From contig MCFH01000026.1 in NCBI GenBank assembly GCA_002104945.1, positions 186,001-250,000 on the forward strand: 64,000 nt of DNA, given 5' to 3'. The stretch is from Piromyces finnis finn. Its lineage: Eukaryota; Fungi; Neocallimastigomycota. The notes below the pieces were generated by a model. It did not search any database. It was not told the DNA's origin and saw only the letters and a list, made by a program, of their open reading frames with translations. The translations under genes were made by a program, and so were the position numbers. This document shows, one piece after another, positions 25,702-37,600 of the stretch; position 1 is the first letter of the stretch; each line of letters begins with the position of its first letter.

Positions 25702-26553
25702 CAAAATGTATTCACTCGTTTCAATTATTTCTTTTATAATAAAGTAACAAATAAATTTAGTTGATTCGTCTGGTATCCGAATCCTGGAGGAGGACCATGT
25801 AACGAATCATAGAAATTAGTAACCTGTCTTAGTGGTTAGTAACTAAGACCTTGGTTTGAACTACTCGAGTTCGAAACCTCATTAATATCTTTTTTTTAAT
25901 TATTAAAATATTTTATAACGAAATTTTACCAAAGAAGATAATTTCTGATTGGCTTAAAAAATTAAGTTGTAAAATTTTTATAAATTTACTTTTAAAAACA
26001 TTTATATAAATACGAGTGAAATTTCTCAAAAAATTATTGGGAATTCGAGTTTTTATTAACAAAGAAATTTTATAATAAAAATAAAATTATTAAACACTAA
26101 CCTGTTATAATTTTGTTAAGTGTTCAATAATAAAATTTTTATTTGCTTTTATTATTTTCCTTTTTATATATTTGTGTTTTTATTTATTGAACATTAGTTC
26201 TTTACAACACACTCTAATGTATCAAATATATATGTATTTTTTTAATAATGTTTATTTATTAAATTTATTATTATAATACGACTAACTCGCTAGGTCAGTG
26301 TATTATCAAACTAAAGACGAAATAAAAAAACTAATTTTTATTAATTATTAATAAAAACACTAAAGAACTATTTTATCTTTCTTATTCTCTCTTTTATACA
26401 TGAAAATTATTTTTTTTTTTTTTTTTTAATACAATTTGATAAGTGAATTAATTACTTAATGATTGGTTATAAAAATATAATTATGAAATTTTCATTAATC
26501 TAACCTTAATGATTTTCTAGTCTAACCCTTATCATTAGATATACCTCATTACA

Positions 26554-29500
26554 CCCAGGATGCTTCAGATATCGGGTATCCTTTCCATTTAATTAGGTAT
26601 TGGACTTTACCATAATATCTTCTTTTGTCCAATATCTCCTCAACTTCAAATTCTTCATTATTATCCACAATAACTGGTGGAGGTGGCGGTTGCTTTCTTT
26701 TGAACTTATCTTCATGGTAGGGTTCCAATTCTGAAACGTGGATGACTGGATGAATACGAATTTCCTTTGGTAACTCCAATTTGAAAGAAACTGGAGAAAT
26801 TTTTTCAATTACTCTGTACGGACCAAGTTTTCTAGGTTTTAGCTTCTTATTGCCATTCCGCAATATTAGAGAACTGTTGATCCAGACCTTATCATTTACC
26901 TTGAGTTCAGGAGCTTTACATCTATGTTTGTTTGCAAATTTTTCTTGTTGATTAATAGATTTCTTTAAGTTATCTTTAAGAGTTTTAATTATTTCTTTGA
27001 AATTTCTTGTAAATTCATCCGCAATTGGTACATCGGTACGACTTGGTAAGATTGGAGAATGTTTCGGATTATAGCCATAGTTAGCAAAAAATGGTGAAGT
27101 TTTAGTAGATTCTTGAACGGCATTGTTGTAACTGAATTCGGCAAGATGTAAGAATTTGTACCAATTGGAACCTTTATAATTTGAGTAACACCTTAAGTAT
27201 TGTTCTACAACGGAGTTTACCCTCTCCGTCAGCCCGTTTGTTTGGTGGTGGTAGGATGAAGAAAATTTTAGGTTTATATCGAAAGATTTACAAATAGAAT
27301 TCCAGAATTTAGAGGTGAATTGAGTACCTCTATCCGAAAAAATTTCATTTGGTAATCCGTGGAGACGAAAAACGTTGATCATGAAAGCATCAGCAGTATC
27401 GGAGGCAGAAGGAATGTTCTCAAAAGGAATAAAATGACATAATTTAGTTAATCTATCAGTGACAACGAGAATGCAAGTATACTTTTGAGAAGGTGGAAGA
27501 TCTGTAATAAAGTCCATAGATACGGAAGACCAAGGACGTTCAGCAATTTCCAAAGGAGAAAGAAATCCATAAGGTTTGTGTCGAGAGTCCTTTGAACGGC
27601 AGCATATTTCACAAGACTTTACATATTCTTTAACATCAACAGAGAGAAAAGGCCACCAAAAGTCACGAACAATGAGAGAAGTAGTTTTCTTCAGTCCGAA
27701 GTGTCCAGCGGAGGGTGAGTCGTGACAAATCTTAAGAACTTCCAAACGACAATCATGAGGGACATAGATCCTATCATTGAATAATAATACACCATCTTGA
27801 ATTTTAAAGTTTTCGATTTGTGAATGAGGTATTGGTGGAATTTGAGTTTCTAAGTACTTGCATACTTCAAAGTAGAATTTATCATCTTTGCTATTTGAAA
27901 TGATTTTGTCAATAAAGGGGTTGTTATCTAGAACCAGGGCACAAAAGTTTTCAGGTCTAAGAACGGAATTTGGAGTATCATAGGAATCCTTAAAATTTTC
28001 TAAGTAATCTGGTCTTCTGGATAAAGCGTCAGGTTTACCATTAGCAGAACCCGACCGATAGACGATAATGAAGTTAAACTCGGTAAGAAACAGAGACCAA
28101 CGAACTAATCTTTGGGTCATTTTTTCGGGTTTCTTCTGGTAGAGCAAATTCCTGTGATCCGAGAAAATTTTGAAAGGCTGAGCAGTCCCCTTGAGTAAAT
28201 GACGCCAATTTTCTAAAGCAGCTACAATTGCTAAAAGTTCTTTATCGTAGATCGGATAGTTCCTTCCAGAAGAACTAAGCGATCTAAAGAAGAATGCTAC
28301 AGGGTGAACAGAATTGTCTTTTGGATTCGTTTGGGAAAGGATGGCACCTATAGCAAAATTACTTGCATCCGTTTCAACCATGAAAGGTATATCGCGATTC
28401 GGGTACGCAAGGACAGGAGAAGAAACAAACTTAGTTTTGATTATATTGAATGAATTCTCACACTCATGAGAGAAGCAGAATTTAACATCCTTTTTAAGTA
28501 ATGCATTAAGTGGTTGTGCAAGATCAGCAAAACCTGCAATGAATCTTCTATAATAATTAGCTAACCCAAGAAATGCTTGAACTTCTTTAACGTTTCTAGG
28601 AGTTGGCCATTCCAGGATAGATGCAATCTTCTTAGGATCCATTAAAATACCATCAGACGATATACGATGACCTAAAAAATCGATAAATGGGACAAAAAAC
28701 TCACATTTTTCAAGTTTTGCATAAAGTCCCGCTTTTCTAAGTCTGTTAAGTACTTCTTTGACTTGCATAACATGTGTTTCAAAATTTTCCGAAAAAATAA
28801 TTAAGTCATCAATATAACTGAAGACAAATACTCCCAAGATTCCATCAAGCACATCATTAATGAAATGTTGGAATACTGCAGGCGCGTTCTTCAAACCAAA
28901 CGGCATTACAGTATATTCAAAGTGTCCATATTTGCAAGTAAAAGCAGTTTTGAATTCATCACCTTCTTTTATCCTCACAAGATTGTAAGCTGATCTTAAA
29001 TCAAGTTTGGAGAAGATGTTGCTTTTACCTAAGTGCTCCAACATATCGTTAATTAGTGGTAAAGGATAGGAATCACGGACTGTGATTTCATTCAATTTCC
29101 TATAATCTTGACAGAGACGTAGTTCACCATTTTTTTTGGAACAAAGAGCACTGGGGCACCTGCCGGTGATTTTGAAGGTCTAATGAAACCTTTTCGCAAA
29201 TTTTCATCAATATATTCCTTCAATACCATTGATTCTTTATCCGTTAAGGGATAAATTGGTCCATAAAAAAGTTTAGAGTCCGGCTTAAGACGGATTTCAC
29301 AGTCGTATTGCCTATGAGGCGGCAATTGTTCAGCGGCTTTTTCATTAAATACATCTTCAAAGGCTTGAAGTTCAGCAGGAAGAATAACTTCTTTATTGTT
29401 TGTAGGCTTGATGGTGGAATCGTGATTTTTTGGAGAACTTTTTGTTAAATCATGGATATAAGAATTTGTTGAAGTGCTACAAGAAGGTTTGGAATCATTA

Positions 29501-30729
29501 GAAATAGAAGAAATAACATAAGTAGGGGCAACGTTAGGAATAATAGAGCAATGTGACAGACAGAAATTTGAATTAAAAGATAATTCTTTTTCAACGAAGT
29601 TAATATTAGGGTTGTGTTGATGTAGCCATTCAGCACCTAAGATGCCGCAATATCCCGGAAGGTCTACGATATAGAATATAGCTTTACATTGGTGGTTTTT
29701 GTATTTGATCGAAATTGGGATAGATTTACCTAAGATTTGTTGTTCCCCACCAATGCCAGAGATTTTGTTGAAAGAGACGGATTTATCAAAAGGAATATTA
29801 TTTTCTTCGGCAAAGACCACATCTAGTAGGTTAAGTTGGGATCCTGAATCAATTAGTAATTTTGTATTCACGGAGACGTCGGAAGTATTGAGTTGGAAAT
29901 CAAAGACTGGCTGTTTCAGATTGGGGTTATCGGAGAATCTTATTCTAGGCTTCTTTTCAGGCATAGTGTTAGAAATATGAATCCCAGCTGATTTTTCATT
30001 TTTATTTCTTTTTGGGCAGTTATTTAACTTATGATCAGGAGAACCACAATACAGGCAGAGATTTTCCTTAATTCTTCTAGCTTTTTCTTCTGAGGAAAGC
30101 GGTCCATAAGTTTTCTTATTTCTTGAAGTGCAAGGTTTTCTATTTGCTTCAGTTCTTCGGTTTTGAGTAGTGTTAATAGAATGATTGTTGTTGAAAAATC
30201 TTCTATTGGTATCGATTCTAGAATCGATTCTTGATGCAATAACTTGTAAATTTAGCAACGTTTGTGGACCGGGAAACATTTCTAAAATCCTATTGGCGAC
30301 TTGATCTTGTAGTCCAGCTAAGAAGGCATCCATTTTCGCACTTTCGTTCCAAGAAGAGTCATCGGAGTATCGGTTAAATTCAAGAATATATTTTTGAATC
30401 TCACCGATTTTCCTTTGCTTTATAGTTCGAAGTTTTTGATTAGCCACAAACGTTGAGTCGTTGTCACCAAACACAGATTTAAGCTTGGCAACGAATGAGT
30501 CATAATTTAGTAGGCATTCGTCATGGTTGTGAATTAATGATGCAGCCCAATTTAAGGCTTCACCATATAGTCTCGAAATGATATAAACGATTTTTGCTTC
30601 GTCATCCGCGTAACGCTCTGGGTAGACCATAAAGATTAATTCTATTTTAGCGAGAAAACCCTTAAAGAAACGACGATTTCCAGCGAAACCATCCTTCAAT
30701 GTAGCATTATTCATCAATTCTTCATCCAT
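26554..30729 (-). pseudogene. Element A gag-pol (Gag, CCHC knuckle, protease, RT, RNase H, integrase, chromodomain), disrupted
   Basis: ORFs 29092..30729 and 26549..29095 are joined by a 1-nt loss in an 8-A run at ~29130-29137 (VPKK|NGELRLCQDY), which could be an assembly error. The chromodomain is cut at EASW| by solo LTR H; the missing tail EPENNLNCPELLKEFNEKK* is at 19975..20038. Confidence 0.9.
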
Positions 30730-30789
30730 TTTCTTTATTTTATTTTATTGATAATATCTAATTTTAATTTAATTTAATGAGTATAATGT

Positions 30790-30927
30790 ATCCAAAAGAA
30801 TCCAAAAACAAAATCCAAAAGAGTCCAAAAGAGTCCAAAAGAGTCCAAAAGAGTCCAAGAGAGTTCAAGAGAGTCTAAAAGAGTCCAAGAGAGTTCAAGA
30901 GAGTCCTAAAGAGTTCAAGAGAGTTCA
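30790..30927. repeat. Tandem ~10-bp repeats (gagtccaaaa / gagttcaaga) in the element A leader
   Basis: About a dozen consecutive degenerate decamers between the PBS and the gag ATG. Confidence 0.85.
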
Positions 30928-31442
30928 GTAAGTTTAAAAAAAAAAATATATATAACAAATTAATCAAGGTAAAGGGAATATGTTACAACCGGTGTTTTTA
31001 TTGTAACGTGTATCTATATAAAAATTTACTAATATATGAATTCATAAAATTTATATAGAAAAATATTATTTATTTCCCTATAGGTTGATATAATTTGTTT
31101 AATTTTATTAGAAAATTGTTTTATTAATAATTATTTTTATTTTTAAAAATTAAAGTTACAAGTTAATAAAAACACACCATTTAATTTTTTGATTCAAACC
31201 ACTTCTATTTATACTTTTTCTAAATCTGAAGTGGCTAAATAAAAAATTCAATTTTCTTTCGAAATTATTCTTTAAATTAATTAAAAATTACATAAAATGA
31301 ATCCCGTGATAAAAATACAATAAATATTTAATTTTTCGAATATTCGAACTTATTCTTTTTTCGAATAAGTTCTATAAGTTTCTATAAGTCATAAATTAAA
31401 TTGTTAAATAAATAATTTAAAATAAAATTTAGATCAGGGTGT

Positions 31443-31495
31443 GAGTCGAACCCGAGTGATCTATATTGATGTCTTAAATACTAACCATTAAGACA
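31443..31495 (-). promoter_or_regulatory. tRNA-type Pol III internal promoter at the start of LTR-A; a second copy at 19614..19666
   Basis: On the minus strand, TGTCTTAATGGTTAG (T8 at 31495) and GGGTTCGACTC (G53 at 31451), spacing 44 nt, with T-runs shortly downstream. Confidence 0.7.
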
Positions 31496-33751
31496 ATATT
31501 AAATTTCTAATAGATTTGTTAAGGAACCAACAAATAATGTTATTCTTGTCATAATTAATGATTATGACCTAATCCATTATTGTTCCTAAATATATGAAAA
31601 CTTTACAATATTCTTATTTGTAAATTAATGTATACACTTAAATTATATTTAAAATTATTAATAATTATTTTTATTGAACTTAAATTTTATTTTATTAAAC
31701 TTAAAAATTAATTTAGTAATAATAATATATTGAAAATTATAGTTTATTGAACTTTTAGTTTAATTTATCAAGTTAATGAATTTTTATTAATTAAAATTAT
31801 GAATAATATTTCTGTAAAATAGTAAAATTCTTTAGTTAAATATATTTAAAGTAAACTTTTAATGTATGTTAATCAATTTAATAATATGTATAAATATTTA
31901 TTATAATAGTAATGTAATTTTATTATTCATTTAAAAGTAATTTAAATACTAAAATTAATGTAAATAATTAAAGACTAATTCTTTTAATTAACACTACTTA
32001 ATTTTTTACAAAAAGTATAAAAAGGTGTATATTATAAGAATTAGAGAATATACAGATATTTTTATTTTTTTTTTTTATTTTATTTTATAAATTTATATTA
32101 ATATCTTAATAAAACAATTTTATTAATAAAACAATTTTTCTTATTTCATTTTAATATTATTTTTGAGTATTAATAAATTTATTAATATTTTATAAATAAA
32201 AGTAAATTCCTCGAACCGTAACATAAAAATTGGTGGAGATATCGGGGAATAATATTAATAAAAATTATTAATACATAGGATAAAGTAATATTAAAATATT
32301 ACTAAAATATTATATAAATTTCTTAAAAATTTATTACCCTTCAAAGTTATAGGTAATATTTATATTACTGTTGAAGCTTTAAGGTATAATATTTTAGTAG
32401 AACTGAATTAGTACGCTTTAGAAGCAGTACTTATTTAGGAATTAGTGGTTAAGTTTTTAGGTCTAGTTTATCTTTCACAGTAGGATACTGGAAAGCGCTG
32501 AACCTTTCTATTTTGCTAGAGAAATAGAAGTGCCTCGCATAATTGCTACATGACACTGGTAATACGGTAAGCTGGGCAATTGTGAACTACTTAAGCACCC
32601 TAAATAAGTATTGGAAAATTGCTGTGAAATGCTGTTCTACTATACTTATTATTGTAATTCAAATTTTTAATAAATTAAATATTATTTTAGTATTTATAAT
32701 TTTTTAAAAAAAAAAAAATATTTTTTTTTAATTGAACGATTTTTAAAAATTATTCTTTTTAAAATATAAATAAATAATTCGAAAGTGACCCTTAGCGTGG
32801 CAAGTTAAACTGCTGTACGTAATACTTTGGTGTTCAATTATATCTGATAATTGGGGAAGATAATCAATTATTTTCTTTCCGCTAATTAAGTTAGTGATAA
32901 TAAAGAAATTAATTACGTTACTTCCTTTTATTAAATTATATTTAATATTAACCATCGGGTATATTTGTGGCTTATCATCAAAGAGCTACGAGGGATTTTC
33001 ACTTAGAATTACACAACCTATAATACTTGATGGTTTAACATTATATAGGTTGGCTTATATTTTTATAAAAAGAAATAAGTTTTTAAAAAATAATTAATTA
33101 AAAAAAAAAAAAAAAAAATATAGATATATATATCTATTCTTTTTGTTGATTCTCTTCGAGTAATTTAATATTGCTAATTGAAATATTCTTTTCTTACTGT
33201 TTTAAGTTAAACAAGTTATATCAGCATAGACAAGCCTTATTAACTAATCAACAGAGGTATACTAGGGGTGGTAGAAAGATCCTGAAGCACGTGACGGAAC
33301 TTAGATCGTGTGAATAAGGTGACGGCAACATTTACCATTGGACGAAAGACTCTTAGTTAATAGTCTATTATATATAATTTGGTCGGTAACTTGAATCAGT
33401 AATAACAATATTAAATTAAAATTCTTGCTAGTAAATTGAAAACAAATAATAATTAACTATAAGAAAAACAGAAAACAAAAGTAATAATTTCATCTTTTCT
33501 GACTGAACTAAGATAGTAAGGAGTGATACTAAAAATTTAAATAAATAATTGGTAGTACGTGCTGTGCTAGATTATTTGTATCTCATTCTGTCAAGTGGTC
33601 GATAAAGGAATTTCGAGCTTGGTTACAACTAATAAGTGGTCGATAAAGGAATTTCGAACTTATAATTTTTTTTAGACTATCAAAGGTATTTTTGAGTCTA
33701 TACTGTGTCATCTTGTACTGCAATAAATTCGGTCAAGGAAAATACAAGAAA

Positions 33752-34633
33752 ATGAGCAATTCTACTACAAGGATAGATTTCAAGGAGTTGAAGAAGGAAC
33801 TCAAGGATATAGAAAAACTTTCCAAAGATAATTTGGACATAAGATCCTGGGCTTCTGAAATAAGTTTATGGATTGAACTTCAAGATATCACTAGTGCCAA
33901 GGAAATTTACATGGCATGTGTGCTTACTTCTAAGGGTGAACCAAGAAAGGTAATCCAAGAGTTGGAAGATAAAGACAGTGATAGTGAAGATGAATATGAA
34001 AGTGAAAATGAAGAAGAGAATCAGAAAAATGAATCTAATGAAGAAGATTATCCCTCACTTGGGAAAATTATCAATGCCCTTGAAACATTTTATGGGTTAA
34101 AAGAAGATCAAAGTATGTTATTACGGGAACTAAGAAGACTACGTATAAGAAGAAATGAATCAGTTAAAGATTTCAATAGAAGATATAGATCTTTATATTT
34201 AAAGTTGGATAAGAAAAAGAAGAAGCAGATTAGTGTGTTAGATTATGCAGATTCTTTACAAAATAATAAAGAAGCATGGAGAAAAGTATCTTTAAAAGAT
34301 GATATCACTCTAGAAAAGGCCTTTAAGATAGCTGAGAAGGTAGATAGGTTATCTACTAGAATAGATAATGATGGTAATCTACCAACGACTACTGCAATAA
34401 CCAAAAGTTATAATAATTTTCAACCATACAAGAGAAAAGTTTCTTTTACTGAAGCCAAAAAGCCTAATAAAGATGATGAAATGAATAACCTAGTCAAGAA
34501 AATGAAGAATTTAACTATTAAAGCTTGTTTCTTCTGTAGTGAACCTGGTCATTATCAACAAAATTGCCCAAAACTTCAAGCCATTATTGAAGGAAACAAG
34601 AAGCGTTATTATGATAATCATTTAAATCATTAA
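33752..34633 (+). CDS. Element C Gag
   Basis: Provided ORF 33692..34633 begins at a non-ATG codon; the first ATG is at 33752 (MSNSTTRIDF). C-terminal CFFCSEPGHYQQNC zinc knuckle. Confidence 0.9.
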   Translation: MSNSTTRIDFKELKKELKDIEKLSKDNLDIRSWASEISLWIELQDITSAKEIYMACVLTSKGEPRKVIQELEDKDSDSEDEYESENEEENQKNESNEEDYPSLGKIINALETFYGLKEDQSMLLRELRRLRIRRNESVKDFNRRYRSLYLKLDKKKKKQISVLDYADSLQNNKEAWRKVSLKDDITLEKAFKIAEKVDRLSTRIDNDGNLPTTTAITKSYNNFQPYKRKVSFTEAKKPNKDDEMNNLVKKMKNLTIKACFFCSEPGHYQQNCPKLQAIIEGNKKRYYDNHLNH

Positions 34634-37600
34634 GTGGGAGAAGAAGCACTCCCATCGTCAATAAAATAGCTTCAGCTCAGTATCAGTCAATGCCAAGTGA
34701 AGAAACAACAAGCCAGAGTGATTGGTCGAAAGAAGAATATGATGAAGAAATCGAAAGTGACTTTGAAGATACTGATATTAATGAACAGTTCTTTGTATGT
34801 GCTAATAAAAGGAAGTTGGATAAAATAAGCAAAGAACAAGATGATAATAAAGAAAAACGACTTCACAAAAACTTGAAAAATGATCCTAGACCTATTCTTA
34901 CACCTGCTCTTAGGAAACGTAAAGCACAAGAATTAGAAAATATACCAATAGATGTTTCTCCTAAGCAACTGCATCCTTCTATTATTGCTCAACCGAATAT
35001 CAGAGAACAAAAACTAAAAGAAAGAAAACTTCGGGATAAAGAGCGTGCTAGTAGTAGTGAACAAAAGGAAGAAGAAAAGAATGAATTGGCAAGTTCTAAT
35101 GAAGATCCTATTATTATCGACTATGATGAAGAAGAAATGTTATCTGCAATTACAGATAAGAAAGGTGCTAAGGTGGTAGAGAAAGATAACACAAGTGAAT
35201 CAACCAAATCTACTTCTAATTCAACTCTAAATAAATTAATGAAAGAGCAAAAGAAAGAAAAACCTGCAGAATCGAAGGTTAAGAAAACTGCTAGAAATAT
35301 TCAAATGATAGCAGATACGGAAGAATATAATGTAGTTAAAGATCTTAACGAAACAAAATGCAATATTACTTTTGGTCAATTACTTAACTCGGCTCCAAAG
35401 TTACGAACGCAAGTGTCACAAGGTCTTAAACTGGAAAAGAACAACACAAAAATTGTGGGAGCTCTGGAGAATTTTAATGCTACTTCGGTATTAGTAAATA
35501 ATGTAGATCATTCGTATGTAAGCAAAAGTAAAGAAGTATCAGAAGAAGATATCGCTATGGTAGATGCAACGGTTGATGGGGTACCAGGTAAATTATTAGT
35601 TGATTCCTGTAGCAACTTAAGTATTATAACAAAAAAATATTTAGATAAACTTCCCCATCAATATGAATCTATTGGATTGAGTTGTGGAAGAATACGTTTA
35701 GCTACTAAAAATGATGACTATTCGGAAGGCATAATTATTAGAGTACCGGTCCAGATAAATGATCTTACAATCACTGCTGATTTTAGAGTGGTGGATAAAG
35801 AAGACCCCTTTTATGATATGTTAATTAATTTGAAAACCCAAATGGATAACAACTTATTTATCCACCCACTTCGCTATAGTCTTTGCAGATTTAATTCAAA
35901 TGGATTTATTGAAGATATTGCTCCAATTAATAACAAATATGATGATGAAGAAAAGATTATGTGTATGATACGTAGAGTCGGTGATGAAGATTGTAAAAGT
36001 GATTTGAAAAATATTGAAGGTTTACCACCTTCAGAATATATTCACAATAAAAATTTTACTGAGACTCTTAATGAAAAGTATCGAGAACAAATTGTTCGGA
36101 TATTGGAAGAGAATATTGAAATTATTGCTACTTCTTCTGAAGAACTAACACCTTCGAATTTAACTCCCCATAAGATTAATTTAAAGCCAGGAGCAAAGCC
36201 AATTAAACAAAGATCATATAGGTTAGCCAAGTTCAAATCTGATATACTTAAGGAAGAATTGTCTAAATTGATTAATAAAAAGCTAATTGAGCCATCGTAC
36301 TCGGAATGGTCTTCTCCGGTGGTTTTGGTCCCGAAGCATAATGGGAAATGGAGAATGTGCGTGGACTATCGAAGAGTTAATGATTTGTCTGAAAAGGATG
36401 CCTATTCAATTCCTTTTATAGATGAGATATTTGATAGTTTACATGGTGCAACTATATTCACTACTATGGACTTATATTCCGGCTATCATCAAATCCGTAT
36501 GGATGAAGAAAGCGTTGAATTGACAAGTTTTACAACTAAGTTTGGAAATTACCAATTCAAGGTTATGCCTTTTGGTCTCACTGGAGCACCCGCTACATTT
36601 CAGAGGGAGATGAATCGGATTCTGTTTCCGTTAATTGGAAAGTGTGTTTATAACTTCATTGATGATATTCTGATCTATTCAAAGAGTATTGAAGAACATA
36701 TTGAACATATAAATCAAGTTTTAGCAATTTTCCGGAAAAACAAACTAAAAATCAATATTGAAAAATGTCATTTTATGCAAACTGAAGTTGACGTGTTAGG
36801 CCATCGTTTAACTACAGAAGGTCTTAAACCATTAGATAACAAAATCCAAGCTATAAAAAATTGGAAGCCTCCTTCGAATATCCATGAATTAAGATCATTC
36901 CTAGGTTCAATTGGATATTATAGAGATTTTATTCCTAATTATGCTAAACTTACTGCTCCCTTGTGTAAGCTGCTTAGAAAAGGTGTTCCTTTCAAATGGT
37001 GTAATGAACAACAAGAGAGTTTTATTATATTGAAAGAAAAGTTAATTAATGCGCCTATTCTGAAATTTCCTGATTTTGAGAAAGAATTTATAATCCGAAC
37101 AGATGCATCGTATGAAGGAATCGGAGGAGTATTATTACAAAAGGAAGGTACCGATATTGAACATCCAATTCATTATATTAGCCGAAGTCTGACGAAAGCA
37201 GAAAAAAATTATGGAATTACTGACTTGGAAGGGACTGCCTTATTTTACTGCATTACTAAATTAAAGCCTTATATAATGGGAAGTCCATTCAAGACTATCG
37301 TCTATACTGATCATAAACCATTAATTGGATTATTTAAAAATAAGGAGCCAAACAATGCAAGACAAACAAGATGGTGTTTAACAGCTAGTATGCTAGGAGT
37401 TGATATTCGTTATGAACAAGGTAAAAAGAATGTTGTAGCAGATGCACTGTCTCGAATGAGAAATGACAAAGATAAGGAAGTGTTAGCTACTAAAATTAAT
37501 AAAGGTATAGAAGAAACCATGCTATCTAAGGTAATTAAAGAATTTGTTGAAGAAAAGTTCACCAAAATAGATGGGGTGGATTACTTTATTGATGGAAGGA

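Larger units (their letters stand above)
20072..26206 (+). mobile_element. Element B: full-length, apparently intact chromodomain Ty3/gypsy retrotransposon
   Basis: 409-bp LTRs at 20072..20480 and 25798..26206, identical by eye. TSD ACACA at 20067-20071 and 26207-26211. PPT ggaggaggacca precedes the 3' LTR. Confidence 0.96.
20039..26553. mobile_element. Solo LTR H (~380 bp of its own sequence: 20039..20071 plus 26207..26553), inserted in the element A chromodomain and split by element B
   Basis: TGTAAC...ATTACA termini; 5-bp TSD CCCAG at 20034-20038 and 26554-26558. Removing it restores the A reading frame (EASWEPENNLNC). Confidence 0.85.

Noticed and set aside
29125-29140. Programmed frameshift between element A gag and pol
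   Set aside because: The break falls inside RT at an 8-A run, where the close relative B is continuous. A 1-nt deletion or assembly error is more likely.
33330-33400. Hammerhead ribozyme (GGAC GAAA GACT..AGTC TA resembles stem III plus a cleavage site)
   Set aside because: No correctly placed CUGANGA core. The nearest is CTGAAGC, and stems I and II cannot be built around it. Kept only as a generic structured island.
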